Below, piece after piece: positions 8,771 to 17,651 of a stretch of DNA of 21,437 nucleotides. This stretch comes from Candidatus Eiseniibacteriota bacterium. GTDB taxonomy: Bacteria > Eisenbacteria > RBG-16-71-46 > DASYSL01. Where the stretch lies: the NCBI GenBank assembly GCA_046598045.1, contig JBKJJJ010000063.1:1-21437 (forward strand), read 5' to 3'. Position 1 is the first letter of the stretch; every line of letters starts with the position of its first letter. The notes under the pieces were generated by a model. The model did not search any database and was not told the DNA's origin. It saw only the letters and a list, made by a program, of their open reading frames with translations. Both the position numbers and the translations under genes were made by a program.

Positions 8771-9570
8771 GCGCCCCTCCGCGCCGGGGCCGGGCGCTTG
8801 GTCGCGACCACGCCGATGACGTGCGTGGTGTAGAGCGCCCAGCGCTGGGTGCGCAGGCGCTCGCGCAGGCCATTCCAGAACGACTCCCACAGCGGCGGGC
8901 CCTTGGGGTACATCGGAAGGGCCTTGATGCCCGCCTTCGCGAGCGTGACCCGGGCCGCCCGGTAGAACAGCCCGGGCACCATCCAGTCGCCGTAGGTGCG
9001 CTTGATGTCGAGACCCTGCGCGCGGATGAGCCCCTCGAGTTCGGCCGGGGAAAACTCGCATTCCCAGCCGGCGAACCACTTGTCGAGCGCGATCAGGATT
9101 TTCTTGGCGACGGTGTAGAGATGATAGCGCTGGGGCACGTCCACGATCAGCGTACCGGACGGTTCGAGCACGCGCGCGTTCTCGACCAGCAGGCTGGCCG
9201 GATCCCGGAAGTGCTCGAGCAGGCCCTGGTGGAACACGAGGCCGAACGCGCCCTCTTTGAACGGCAGCGCGCGCGCGTCGGCGCAGACCAGCGTCAGTGG
9301 GACGCCGATGTGCTGCGCGTGCTGCTGCATCAGTCGGAGGCTGCCGAACGTGTAGTCGAGCACGTAGCCGATCGCGCCGCGGCGCACCAGTTCCATGGTG
9401 TCGCGCCCGGTACCGGCGCCGACCTCGAGGACGCGGCGGCCCGACAGCGATCCCTGGGCAAGCGCCTGCTCCACGAGCCGACCCTGGTTCGAGTACACCT
9501 CGTGCAGGGGTCGGCCGTCGGTCCAGAAGCGCTGCCAGTGATCCGGGGTCGTTTCGCGCGCGTTGGCCAT
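8767..9570 (-). CDS. Class I SAM-dependent methyltransferase
   Basis: VLEVGAGTG (motif I), CADARALPFKEGAFGLVFHQGLLEHF, RVLEPSGTLIVDVP. Confidence 0.87.
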   Translation of the reverse strand: MANARETTPDHWQRFWTDGRPLHEVYSNQGRLVEQALAQGSLSGRRVLEVGAGTGRDTMELVRRGAIGYVLDYTFGSLRLMQQHAQHIGVPLTLVCADARALPFKEGAFGLVFHQGLLEHFRDPASLLVENARVLEPSGTLIVDVPQRYHLYTVAKKILIALDKWFAGWECEFSPAELEGLIRAQGLDIKRTYGDWMVPGLFYRAARVTLAKAGIKALPMYPKGPPLWESFWNGLRERLRTQRWALYTTHVIGVVATKRPAPARRGA

Positions 9571-9581
9571 ACGAATTCAGC

Positions 9582-9610
9582 AGTGTACCGGGGCGGATGG
9601 CCCCGGTCAA
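9582..9610 (-). promoter_or_regulatory. sigma70-type promoter for the methyltransferase-led glycosylation cluster
   Basis: On the minus strand TTGACC (9610-9605) - 17 nt - TACACT (9587-9582), 11 nt upstream of the ATG. It lies in the only sizeable intergenic gap between 1 and 18800. Confidence 0.7.
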
Positions 9611-9644
9611 CTTGCCGATTGCCAATCGTTTGCAACGCCTTGCG

Positions 9645-11093
9645 CTAGCTTTGGGGGCTCCCGGCCCGCTCCCGCCACCAGCGTGCGATCGTGGCCCCAT
9701 CGGTGACCCACGCGCCGCGGCCGGCGAGCGCGTCCAGCGCGGCCTCCCACGCCTGCCACCAGCCGGGGAACGCACGTTCATGGGCGCCATTGGGGTGCCA
9801 CAGCAGTACGGCCAGGCCCCCCGCCCGCTCGACCACGTCCAGGTGCTCGCGCACCCGCGCCGCGGCCCCCCCGCCATCCAGCCCGAGCGTGCGGAACAGT
9901 GCGCCGTCCATCAATGTGAGCGGGAGCTCGAGCAGGCGGTGCGGCCGCCCGGCGGCGGCGTCCCAGGGGGCGAACGGCGCGGCGATCCCGGCGCGGAAAC
10001 CGATCGCCTCGTTGTAGCCGAGTGTCGAGTCGTACTCGAAGCCCGCTTCCTCCTGCGCGCGCCAGGTGCGGGCAATGTCGAAACGCAGGTAGTGCTGCCG
10101 GGTTCCCACAGCGGCGCGGCCCGAGGCCGCCTCGACCTGCGCCCGCTGCCGCGCGAGTTCGTCACCGCTCGTGTGGCTAAGGTAGCTGCCGTGCAGTCCG
10201 ACATCGCAGCCGCGCTCGGCGAGTCGCGCCATGAGCGTGGTGACGGTCCCCCGCCGGCCTTCGAAGTCGACGCGGTCGCCGAAGCGGTAACGCGCGTCGT
10301 ACTCGTGGCGCGCGTCCAATCGCGGCGCGCAGAAGTAGAACGAGGAGCGAAATCCGCGCGTCTCCTCGGAGGCGAGCCAGCGCTCGAAGTTCCAGTAGGG
10401 ATCGGCGTGCCCCAGCCCCAAGGCCCCGCGCGCGGCCTGCGTCAGCCCGGCCCGCAGCGCGTACGAGCGTGGCGTGCGCGCGAGCGGCAGCAGCCGGGTC
10501 GCCTCGACCAGCGAGCCGAAGCGCACCTCGTCCACGTCGTGTGACAGCATGACCGCGAAGCGCTTGCCGTGCGGCCAGAGCGCGAGCGTCGGCAGCGTGG
10601 CATGCCGCGCGAGCGCCCAGCGCGTGAGCCGGTCCGCGAGCCGCCTGGCGAACTGGTTGACGAGCGGCCGATCGAGCACGCCCAATGCGTGGAGCCGCGA
10701 CTGCGTGCCGGCGAAACAGTCCCACTGGTCGCGCGCGGGCTCGAGCCGCTCCTCCTCGCGCGCGAGCAGTGTGAATACGGCGCGCAGCCAGACGTCGGGG
10801 ACCGTGCGTTCATCGGGCGGGGCGCCCAATCGGCCGCCGGGGCAGGGCACGGGCACGCCCTCGAACGTGACGAGCGCGATCCCCGAGGGCGTCCATGGCC
10901 CCGCGTCGCACCACGGCAGCACGATCGCCGCATCCCCAGGCGCGCGCGCGGGGTCGCCGACGAACACCAGCGGGCCCTCCCCCGCTGCGCCCTCGCGCCA
11001 CGCGAAGCCGGTGAGCGAGAGCAGCACGCTCGCCGCCCAACCGGCCTCCGCCGCGCCGGCCTGCGCCGGATCGACGACCAGGCGCACGATCAT
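9645..11093 (-). CDS. Polysaccharide deacetylase family protein (CE4/NodB-like) with an N-terminal extra domain
   Basis: LSHDVD, VGLHGSY, GTRQHYLRF, YDSTLGYNEAIGFRAG, LELPLTLMDG, LLWHP. REEE...RDQWDCF and LDRPLVN segments are typical of this subfamily in glycan loci. ATGA overlap start. Confidence 0.82.
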   Translation of the reverse strand: MIVRLVVDPAQAGAAEAGWAASVLLSLTGFAWREGAAGEGPLVFVGDPARAPGDAAIVLPWCDAGPWTPSGIALVTFEGVPVPCPGGRLGAPPDERTVPDVWLRAVFTLLAREEERLEPARDQWDCFAGTQSRLHALGVLDRPLVNQFARRLADRLTRWALARHATLPTLALWPHGKRFAVMLSHDVDEVRFGSLVEATRLLPLARTPRSYALRAGLTQAARGALGLGHADPYWNFERWLASEETRGFRSSFYFCAPRLDARHEYDARYRFGDRVDFEGRRGTVTTLMARLAERGCDVGLHGSYLSHTSGDELARQRAQVEAASGRAAVGTRQHYLRFDIARTWRAQEEAGFEYDSTLGYNEAIGFRAGIAAPFAPWDAAAGRPHRLLELPLTLMDGALFRTLGLDGGGAAARVREHLDVVERAGGLAVLLWHPNGAHERAFPGWWQAWEAALDALAGRGAWVTDGATIARWWRERAGSPQS

Positions 11094-12166
11094 CGAGCCG
11101 CTCCCCGGATCGCCGCGTATTGCGCCAGCAGGTCGCGTCCCACGATCGACGCGTCGTGGTGCGCGCGCGCGTACGCGCGGCCGCGCTCGCCGAGCGCGCG
11201 GCGGCGGACCGGGTCTCTGATCAGTTCGCGCAGGACCTGGGTGATGGTCGAAGGCGTCGCGCTGACGAGCGGGCAGTCGGGCACGGTGGCGGCGAACTCG
11301 GGGCGCAGGTAGCACACGACCGGCTTGCCGACGGACATGCCCTCGATCGCGAGCAGCCCGTACCAGCCCATGAACAGTTGATCCACCAGGAGGTCGCACG
11401 AAGCGAGCGCGTCCGGCATCGCGGCCCAGGGGAGCTTCTCGATCCGGCGGTACTCGAGCTTCGGGAATTCGGAGCGCAAGAGGTCGATCGCGGCCTCGAT
11501 GTGCGGGGTGCCCTTGATCAGGGGCGTGGTGGTCTGCGTGTGCGCGACCACCACCGGTCCGCGCACGCCGTCGCGCAGGTCGGGTTCGGGAAACGCGGCG
11601 GCGCGCCCCGCGGCTTCCCAGCGCGCGGACTCGATTGCGAGCGGCAACTCGACGCCCCCCGGCACCGATTCGGCGAGGTCCTTCGTCGAGTAGTAGATGC
11701 GGTCCGCATAGCGCCCAGCCTGCGCGAGCAGCCAGCGCTGACGATCGGGCTTGCAGAACGGATCGCACTCGGTGCACGCGGCGAGCGCATGGTGCGAGCG
11801 CATCCACGCCTTGTTGCGCACCTCGCAGCCGTGGAAGTGGAACACCACGGTCTTGCCCATCGCCTTGAGCAGCGGCACGTCGAGCATCCGTGGCAGGAAC
11901 GAGGTGCCGAAGTGGAAATGGAACACGTCGAACGCGGAGGCGTAGCGCGCGAACGTCTGCGCCATGACCACGCCGCGCACGGGCAGGGGCAACGGGTCGA
12001 GCTCGATGATGATCGCGGGGCGCCGCCCGTCCCAGTCCACGCGATAGGCAAGCGACCGCGCGTCGGCACCGGCGGCGGTGAGCCCCTGGGCGAGCACCAT
12101 GCCCTGCCCGGCGATCTCGTACGTGCCGTGGAGCACACGTAACGGTCCGCCGGCGGCGCGCGTCAT
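11090..12166 (-). CDS. GT-B (GT4-like) glycosyltransferase
   Basis: LRVLHGTYEIAGQ, FDVFHFHFG, LKAMGKTVVFHFHGCEVR, IKGT, DLLVDQLFMGWYGLLAIEGMSVGKPVV. Confidence 0.78.
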   Translation of the reverse strand: MTRAAGGPLRVLHGTYEIAGQGMVLAQGLTAAGADARSLAYRVDWDGRRPAIIIELDPLPLPVRGVVMAQTFARYASAFDVFHFHFGTSFLPRMLDVPLLKAMGKTVVFHFHGCEVRNKAWMRSHHALAACTECDPFCKPDRQRWLLAQAGRYADRIYYSTKDLAESVPGGVELPLAIESARWEAAGRAAAFPEPDLRDGVRGPVVVAHTQTTTPLIKGTPHIEAAIDLLRSEFPKLEYRRIEKLPWAAMPDALASCDLLVDQLFMGWYGLLAIEGMSVGKPVVCYLRPEFAATVPDCPLVSATPSTITQVLRELIRDPVRRRALGERGRAYARAHHDASIVGRDLLAQYAAIRGAAR

Positions 12167-12885
12167 TCGGCGAGGTACTCCGCCGGCTTGACGAGCCGGC
12201 GCGCCGCGCCCCGCGCGAGGTGCCACGCCAATCCCGGGTCCGGGCGCTTGCAGAGCTTGATGGCCTGGCTCCGCCACTCCGCCCAGATCGACCCGCCGCG
12301 CGCAACGAACGTGCGCGGCGCGGTGAGCATCGCGGCCTTGAGCGCGGCCTCGTCTGCGGGCGGGTCGCCCTCGAACACGACGCGCGCCAGCTCCAACTCG
12401 CTCACCCGGTGCGCGTCGGGCGCGGCGAGCGCGGGCTTGCCCGCCGCGTTCGCGAGCAGGCGCGCCTGCGCATTCGCGATGCGGGGCGTGCGCGCGTTGA
12501 AGACCTCGATCAGGTCGGCGCGCGCGATCAACTCAGGCCGCGGCGCACGCCACCTGCACGGGTGGGGCAGCACGATCAACCCGCCCTCGGCGTGCACGCG
12601 GTCGCACAGGGCGAGCGCGCGCTTCTCGCTGGGATCGCTCGCCAGGAACAGCCCGATCACGTCGCCCTCGTCGGTCGAGACCTCCGAGCCGCGGATCACG
12701 ACCAGCGGAAGGTTTCGCGCCTTCACGTACTCGGCCGCCTCGACGGAGCCGCGCCAGGTGTCGTGGTCCGTGATCGCGAGCGCGTGCGCGCCGAGCGCGC
12801 TGGCGCGTTCGACCAGCGCGCGCGGGTCGCTCAGCGAGTCGTACGAATGCCGGGAGTGCGCGTGCGCGATCAGCGTCCAGCTCAC
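12163..12885 (-). CDS. PHP-domain metal-dependent phosphoesterase
   Basis: HAHSRHSYDS, AITDHD, GSEVST, LPHP, IEVFNAR, PDAH. GTGA overlap start after GGGAG. Confidence 0.82.
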   Translation of the reverse strand: MSWTLIAHAHSRHSYDSLSDPRALVERASALGAHALAITDHDTWRGSVEAAEYVKARNLPLVVIRGSEVSTDEGDVIGLFLASDPSEKRALALCDRVHAEGGLIVLPHPCRWRAPRPELIARADLIEVFNARTPRIANAQARLLANAAGKPALAAPDAHRVSELELARVVFEGDPPADEAALKAAMLTAPRTFVARGGSIWAEWRSQAIKLCKRPDPGLAWHLARGAARRLVKPAEYLAE

Positions 12886-14060
12886 GACAGCTCCCTCCCC
12901 TCGCGCAGCGCGCCCGGCGTCGAGCGGGCCCACTGCGCGATCTCGTAGAGCGAGGGCAGGAGATCGTCCCAGCGCAGGCTGTGCGCCACGCCGGGCGAGA
13001 GCGCGTCGCGCACCACGGCCGGCAGGTGCGACGGCGCCGCGATCCCGTGCCACAGGTCGCCACCGAACGGCCACGAGAAGCGCACCTGCCGGTAGGGCGG
13101 TTGCGGCTGGACCAGGGGGCGGCCCTCGAGCAGCGCGACCATGTCGCCCGGGAAGTTCACCCCCGCGGCGAGAGCGAGGTCGTGTGAGCCCCAGAACTTG
13201 GCGTTGATCTCCATCAGCACGAAGCGGCCCTCGGGCGTCTGCTTGCACTCGACCATCGCGACGCCGTGCCACGCGAGCGCGTCGAGCAGCGCCCCGCCGG
13301 CGCGCTCGAGCTCGGGGGCGCTCCGCACGCTCTCGGCGCACGCGCTGGTCCCGCCCGAGGGCGGCCACTCGCGCACGCGGCGGTGCATGAAGCGCCGCAC
13401 GAGGCGTCCCTCCCAGTAGAGCGCGAACCACGCCCAGCCCTCACCCTCGACATGCTCCTGGACCAGCGGACCCGCGCCCGAGAGCGCGTGCACGTACTGG
13501 TAGGCGGCCGGAACCTCGTCCGCGGACCGGACATAGCGCAGGATCTTCCGCCCCGCCTCGAAACGCGACTTGAACACCGCGCGCCCGCCGAGCGCCGCGA
13601 ACGCGTCGGCGGCTGCCGCGGGGGAATCCGCCGCCGTCTCGCGCGGGGTCGCCAGGCCGAGGCTGCGCGCGAGCGCTCCGGTCTTCGCCTTGTCGTTCGC
13701 GACCACGAGCGACCCTGCCGGCGGCAGCGCGACGCGCACCCCGGCGGGCCAGCGCTCGCGCAGCAGGTCGGCGGCGTGGACCGCGCCATCCCCCACCGCC
13801 ACGAGGCTCACGGGCGCGAGCCCGGTGGCGCACGCCAGCAGCGCCTCGGGGTAAGCGGGGTCCTTCGGAGCCGGGAGGTAGTGCACGCGCTGCACCGCGC
13901 GTGAGTGCGCCGCGGGCGCGCGGCCGGAGCGCGCCACGAGGTGGACTTCGTGGCCGAGATCGTGGAGCGCGCGCGCGATGCCGAGCGCGTGCTTGAACTC
14001 GCCGTCGGTGACGAGGACGCGACCGGGAGCGCCCGCGAAGCCGGGGGCGATCCCCTGCAT
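12882..14060 (-). CDS. ATP-grasp domain protein (carboxylate-amine ligase type seen in polysaccharide loci)
   Basis: VLVTDG, NDKAKT, PLVQEHVEGEG, HRRVREWPPSGGTS, WHGVAMVECK, LMEINAKFWGS, AGVNFP. ATG overlaps the upstream stop (TGATG). Confidence 0.82.
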   Translation of the reverse strand: MQGIAPGFAGAPGRVLVTDGEFKHALGIARALHDLGHEVHLVARSGRAPAAHSRAVQRVHYLPAPKDPAYPEALLACATGLAPVSLVAVGDGAVHAADLLRERWPAGVRVALPPAGSLVVANDKAKTGALARSLGLATPRETAADSPAAAADAFAALGGRAVFKSRFEAGRKILRYVRSADEVPAAYQYVHALSGAGPLVQEHVEGEGWAWFALYWEGRLVRRFMHRRVREWPPSGGTSACAESVRSAPELERAGGALLDALAWHGVAMVECKQTPEGRFVLMEINAKFWGSHDLALAAGVNFPGDMVALLEGRPLVQPQPPYRQVRFSWPFGGDLWHGIAAPSHLPAVVRDALSPGVAHSLRWDDLLPSLYEIAQWARSTPGALREGRELS

Positions 14061-14785
14061 CAGTCCCCGGCCGCCAATCGCGCCGCGAGGAACGCCGGCA
14101 GCCCGGCGGCGAGGATCTTCGCCTGCGCGGCCTCGACGTCGTAGTTCACGCGCACATGCTCGAGCAGCCCGCTCTCGGTGTCGTAGGTCGCATACGCGGC
14201 GCGCGGGTCGCCGTCGCGCGGCTGGCCGACCGACCCGACATTGACCAGGTACTGCCGGCCGGGGCGCAGGCGCAGCTCGGGCGCGCGCGTGTAGCGGATG
14301 TCCTCGCCGTCCTTCTCGAACACGCCCGGGTAGTGGGAGTGGCCGATCACGCACAGCGGCTCCGTGAAAGAGTCCATCTCGAGCAGCGCGTCCTCGATCA
14401 GCATGCAGTAGTTCCACTCCTCGGGGGCGGAGGGCGTGGCATGGACGAGCAGCGTGTTCTCGCGCCGCTCGACCAGCGGAAGGGCCTTCAACCAAGCGAG
14501 GTTGTCGGGGGTCGTGTTGCGCGCGGTCCACTCGGCGGCGAACGCCGCGTGGCGGTTGAACAGCCGGGTCGAGACCAGGCCGCACGCCGCCCAGTCGTGG
14601 TTGCCCGCGACACAGACTGCGCCGAGTTCGCGCACGCGGTCGACCACGAGGTTCGGCTCGGCGCCGTAGCCCACGATGTCGCCCAGGCACCACCAGGTGT
14701 CGATGGTGTTCGCGCGCGCGTGTTCGAGCACCGCGCCCAGCGCGTCGCCGTTGGAATGGATGTCGGACAGGATCGCGATTCTCAC
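14060..14785 (-). CDS. Metallophosphoesterase (calcineurin-like, YfcE/MJ0912 type)
   Basis: SDIHSN, LGDIVGYG, GNHD, LVHATP, GHSH, NVGSVGQPRDGDPRAAY. Confidence 0.9.
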   Translation of the reverse strand: MRIAILSDIHSNGDALGAVLEHARANTIDTWWCLGDIVGYGAEPNLVVDRVRELGAVCVAGNHDWAACGLVSTRLFNRHAAFAAEWTARNTTPDNLAWLKALPLVERRENTLLVHATPSAPEEWNYCMLIEDALLEMDSFTEPLCVIGHSHYPGVFEKDGEDIRYTRAPELRLRPGRQYLVNVGSVGQPRDGDPRAAYATYDTESGLLEHVRVNYDVEAAQAKILAAGLPAFLAARLAAGD

Positions 14786-15267
14786 GCGCCCTCCTCGGCG
14801 GCGCCGCGACCCGCCGCTCCGCGCCCTTCCGGCGCCTCCTCGAGTTCACCCGGGCGCAGGTCCCGGGCGAGGCGGTCGAGCACGCCGTTGACGAAGCGTC
14901 CCGACTCCTCGCGACCGTACTTGCGCGCGATCGAAACCGCCTCGTCGATCACCACCCGCGCCGGCGTGCCGGGCAGGTGCGAGAACTCGGCGGTCGCGAG
15001 GCGCAACACGCTCCGGTCGGTCGCGGCCAGCCGCTCGAAGTTCCAGCGCTCGAGCGCGGCCTCGATGCGGCGGTCGAGCTCGGGCATCACGTCCTCGAGC
15101 ACGACCACGAGCGCCTCGACGTACTCGCGCGCCTCCTCGGGCAATCGCTCCTCGTCTTTCAGCGATTGCCAGAGCACGCCGATGCCGTCATGCGTCAGGT
15201 CCGCCTGGTAGATCAGGCGGAACACCAGTTCCCGGCCGCGCCGCCTCGGTCCGATGCCGCCGCTCAT
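14782..15267 (-). CDS. nusB: Transcription antitermination factor NusB
   Basis: RRRGRELVFRLIYQ, WNFERLAATDRSVLRLA, VVIDEAVSIARKYG, SGRFVNGVLD. Follows ribH with an ATGA overlap. Confidence 0.93.
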   Translation of the reverse strand: MSGGIGPRRRGRELVFRLIYQADLTHDGIGVLWQSLKDEERLPEEAREYVEALVVVLEDVMPELDRRIEAALERWNFERLAATDRSVLRLATAEFSHLPGTPARVVIDEAVSIARKYGREESGRFVNGVLDRLARDLRPGELEEAPEGRGAAGRGAAEEGA

Positions 15268-15749
15268 CGCGCCTCCCTCAGGGCGGCGATGAATTCGACC
15301 GCGGCCCGCGCCACCTCGGCGCCCTTGTTGCCGACGCCGCCCGCCCGGGCGTGCGCCTGCTGCGCATCGTCCGCCGTGATCACCCCGAACAGCACCGGCA
15401 CCCCCTCGGCCCTCGCCACGGCGGCCACGCCGCGCGCGGCTTCGGCGCATACGTAGTCGAAGTGCGGCGTCTCGCCGCGGATCACGACGCCGAGCGTCAC
15501 GATCGCGTCATACCGTCCCGTGCGCGCGAGCACCTGGGCGAGGTACGGCAGCTCGAACGCCCCCGGCGCCCACGCGAGTTCGACATCTTCCGCTTTTATT
15601 CCGAGTCGCGCCAGTTCCGAGGCGGCGCCCTCGACCAGGCGTTCGACCATGGGGCCGTGAAAACGGCTCGCGGCGAGGGCGATGCGCAGCCCGGCGGCCG
15701 GCCCTTGACCCTCGTAAACGCGCCCGATCCCGGGACGGCCTGCGCTCAA
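15264..15749 (-). CDS. ribH: 6,7-dimethyl-8-ribityllumazine synthase
   Basis: [55 protein letters not shown] start overlaps the ribBA stop (TTGA). Confidence 0.93.
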   Translation of the reverse strand: MSAGRPGIGRVYEGQGPAAGLRIALAASRFHGPMVERLVEGAASELARLGIKAEDVELAWAPGAFELPYLAQVLARTGRYDAIVTLGVVIRGETPHFDYVCAEAARGVAAVARAEGVPVLFGVITADDAQQAHARAGGVGNKGAEVARAAVEFIAALREAR

Positions 15750-17059
15750 CGCGTCTCCCCGCCGCCCAGGTCGAGCAGGTGCCCGAGCTTGTCGCGCTTG
15801 GTCGCCAGATAGCGCCGATTGTTGACGTTGGTCTTGATCTCGATCGAGCGGCGCCGGACGATCTCGAGCCCGAACGCCTCGAGCCCGACGATCTTGCGCG
15901 GATTGTTGGTCATGAGCTCGATCTTGCGCACGCCCAGGTCGTGGAGGATCTGCGCGCCGATGCCGTAGTCCCTCAGGTCGGCAGGGAAGCCCAACTTGAG
16001 GTTCGCCTGCACGGTGTCGTAGCCCTGGTCCTGCAGTACGTAGGCCTTGAGCTTGTTCGCCAGGCCGATGCCGCGCCCCTCCTGCCGCATGTAGAGGAAC
16101 ACGCCGCGCCCCGCCTTCGCGATCGCCGCCAGAGCGGCGCGCATCTGCGGACCGCAGTCGCAGCGCAACGAGCCGAACACGTCGCCGGTCAGGCACTGCG
16201 AGTGTACGCGCACGAGCACAGGCTCCTTCGTCGAGACGTCCCCCATGGCGAGGGCGACGTGGTGGTCGCCGTCGAGCAGGCTCTCGTAGAGATGGAGGTC
16301 GAAGGTGCCCTCGGCTGTCGGCAGCGTGGTGGTGACGATCTCCTGCACGAGCTTCTCGTGGCGCCGACGGTAGGCGATCAGGTCCTTGATCGCGAGCATC
16401 TTGAGCCCGTGCCTCTTCGCGAAGCGCGTCAGCAGCGGCAGGCGCGCCATCGCGCCGTCGGGCGCCATCATCTCGCACAACACGCCCACGTCGCCCCGCC
16501 CCGCGAGCCGGACGAGGTCGAGCGCGGCCTCGGTGTGGCCGGCGCGCCGGAGCACGCCGCCGCGCACCGCGCGCAGGGGAAACACGTGGCCCGGACGCGC
16601 GAAGTCCACGGCCTTGGACATCGGGTCGGCGAGCATGCGAATCGTGCGCGCGCGGTCGGCTGCCGAGATGCCGGTCGTGACACCCTCGGCCGCGTCGACC
16701 GAAACCGTGAATGCCGTACCGTGGAGCGCGGTGTTCTCGGCGGTCATCGCGAACAGATCCAACTCCTCGGCGCGCTCGCTCGAGAGGGGCACGCAGAGCA
16801 GGCCGCGCGCTTCGGTCACCATGAAGTTGACGTTGGCCGGCGTGATCCTCGAGGCGGCCATGATCAGGTCGCCCTCGTTCTCGCGGTCCGCGTCGTCGAC
16901 CACCACGATCATGCGGCCGGCGCGGATCTCGGCGATCGCCGCCTCGACCTCGACCAGGCGCGGATCGTCGACGGGGACGACCCCCTTCTTCGTCAGCGCG
17001 CGCCGCGCCGTGGCGGCGGGGCGGACGGCCTGCTTCGGGACTGCGATCCTGCGCTTCAC
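15746..17059 (-). CDS. ribBA: Bifunctional 3,4-dihydroxy-2-butanone-4-phosphate synthase / GTP cyclohydrolase II
   Basis: [92 protein letters not shown] then GTG overlapping the ribE stop. Confidence 0.95.
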   Translation of the reverse strand: MKRRIAVPKQAVRPAATARRALTKKGVVPVDDPRLVEVEAAIAEIRAGRMIVVVDDADRENEGDLIMAASRITPANVNFMVTEARGLLCVPLSSERAEELDLFAMTAENTALHGTAFTVSVDAAEGVTTGISAADRARTIRMLADPMSKAVDFARPGHVFPLRAVRGGVLRRAGHTEAALDLVRLAGRGDVGVLCEMMAPDGAMARLPLLTRFAKRHGLKMLAIKDLIAYRRRHEKLVQEIVTTTLPTAEGTFDLHLYESLLDGDHHVALAMGDVSTKEPVLVRVHSQCLTGDVFGSLRCDCGPQMRAALAAIAKAGRGVFLYMRQEGRGIGLANKLKAYVLQDQGYDTVQANLKLGFPADLRDYGIGAQILHDLGVRKIELMTNNPRKIVGLEAFGLEIVRRRSIEIKTNVNNRRYLATKRDKLGHLLDLGGGETR

Positions 17060-17649
17060 GAGACCTCCTTGAGCAACCGCTCCAGGTAGCGGGCCACCAG
17101 GTCCACCTCGAGGTTGACCTCGCTCCCGGATCGGTAGTTCTGCAAGATCGTCGCCTCCCAGGTGTGCGGGATGATCGCGACCTCGAATCCGCCCTCGTCC
17201 AGGCCCGCCACGGTCAGGCTCACGCCGTCGACCGTGATCGAGCCCTTGAGGGCGACGTAGCGCAGCACGTCGGCATCGGCGGCGATGGACAGCCAGTAGC
17301 CCGGCGGCTCCTCGCGCAGCCCGCGCACGCGACCGACCGCGTCGACGTGGCCCTGCACCAAGTGCCCGCCGAGGCGGTCCATCATCCGGACGGGGCGCTC
17401 CAGGTTCACGCTGTCCCCTTCCACCAGGGAGCCCAGGTTGGTGCAACGCAAGGTCTCGGGCACGGCGACGACGGCGAACGATCCGCTGCCCGTGCCGACC
17501 ACGGTCTGGCAGCAGCCGTTGACGCTCACGCTATCGCCGATCGCGAGACCCTGTCCGACGACGGCGGCGGAGACGGTGAGGCGCCGGCCACCCTCCTCGG
17601 GCTCGGAGGTCTCGATGATGCCCGTTTCCTCGATCAATCCGGTGAACAC
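17056..17649 (-). CDS. ribE: Riboflavin synthase (alpha chain; ribC in E. coli nomenclature)
   Basis: N-terminal [10 protein letters not shown] (GTG start), [47 protein letters not shown]. Confidence 0.95.
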   Translation of the reverse strand: MFTGLIEETGIIETSEPEEGGRRLTVSAAVVGQGLAIGDSVSVNGCCQTVVGTGSGSFAVVAVPETLRCTNLGSLVEGDSVNLERPVRMMDRLGGHLVQGHVDAVGRVRGLREEPPGYWLSIAADADVLRYVALKGSITVDGVSLTVAGLDEGGFEVAIIPHTWEATILQNYRSGSEVNLEVDLVARYLERLLKEVS

Positions 17650-17651
17650 GA

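Noticed and set aside
2404..12305. Long Arg/Ala/Pro-rich N-terminal extensions in track ORFs (742, 699, 739, 886 aa) suggesting fusions
   Set aside because: They are off-frame read-through of upstream genes; the true starts sit at NTGA overlaps directly before the conserved domains.
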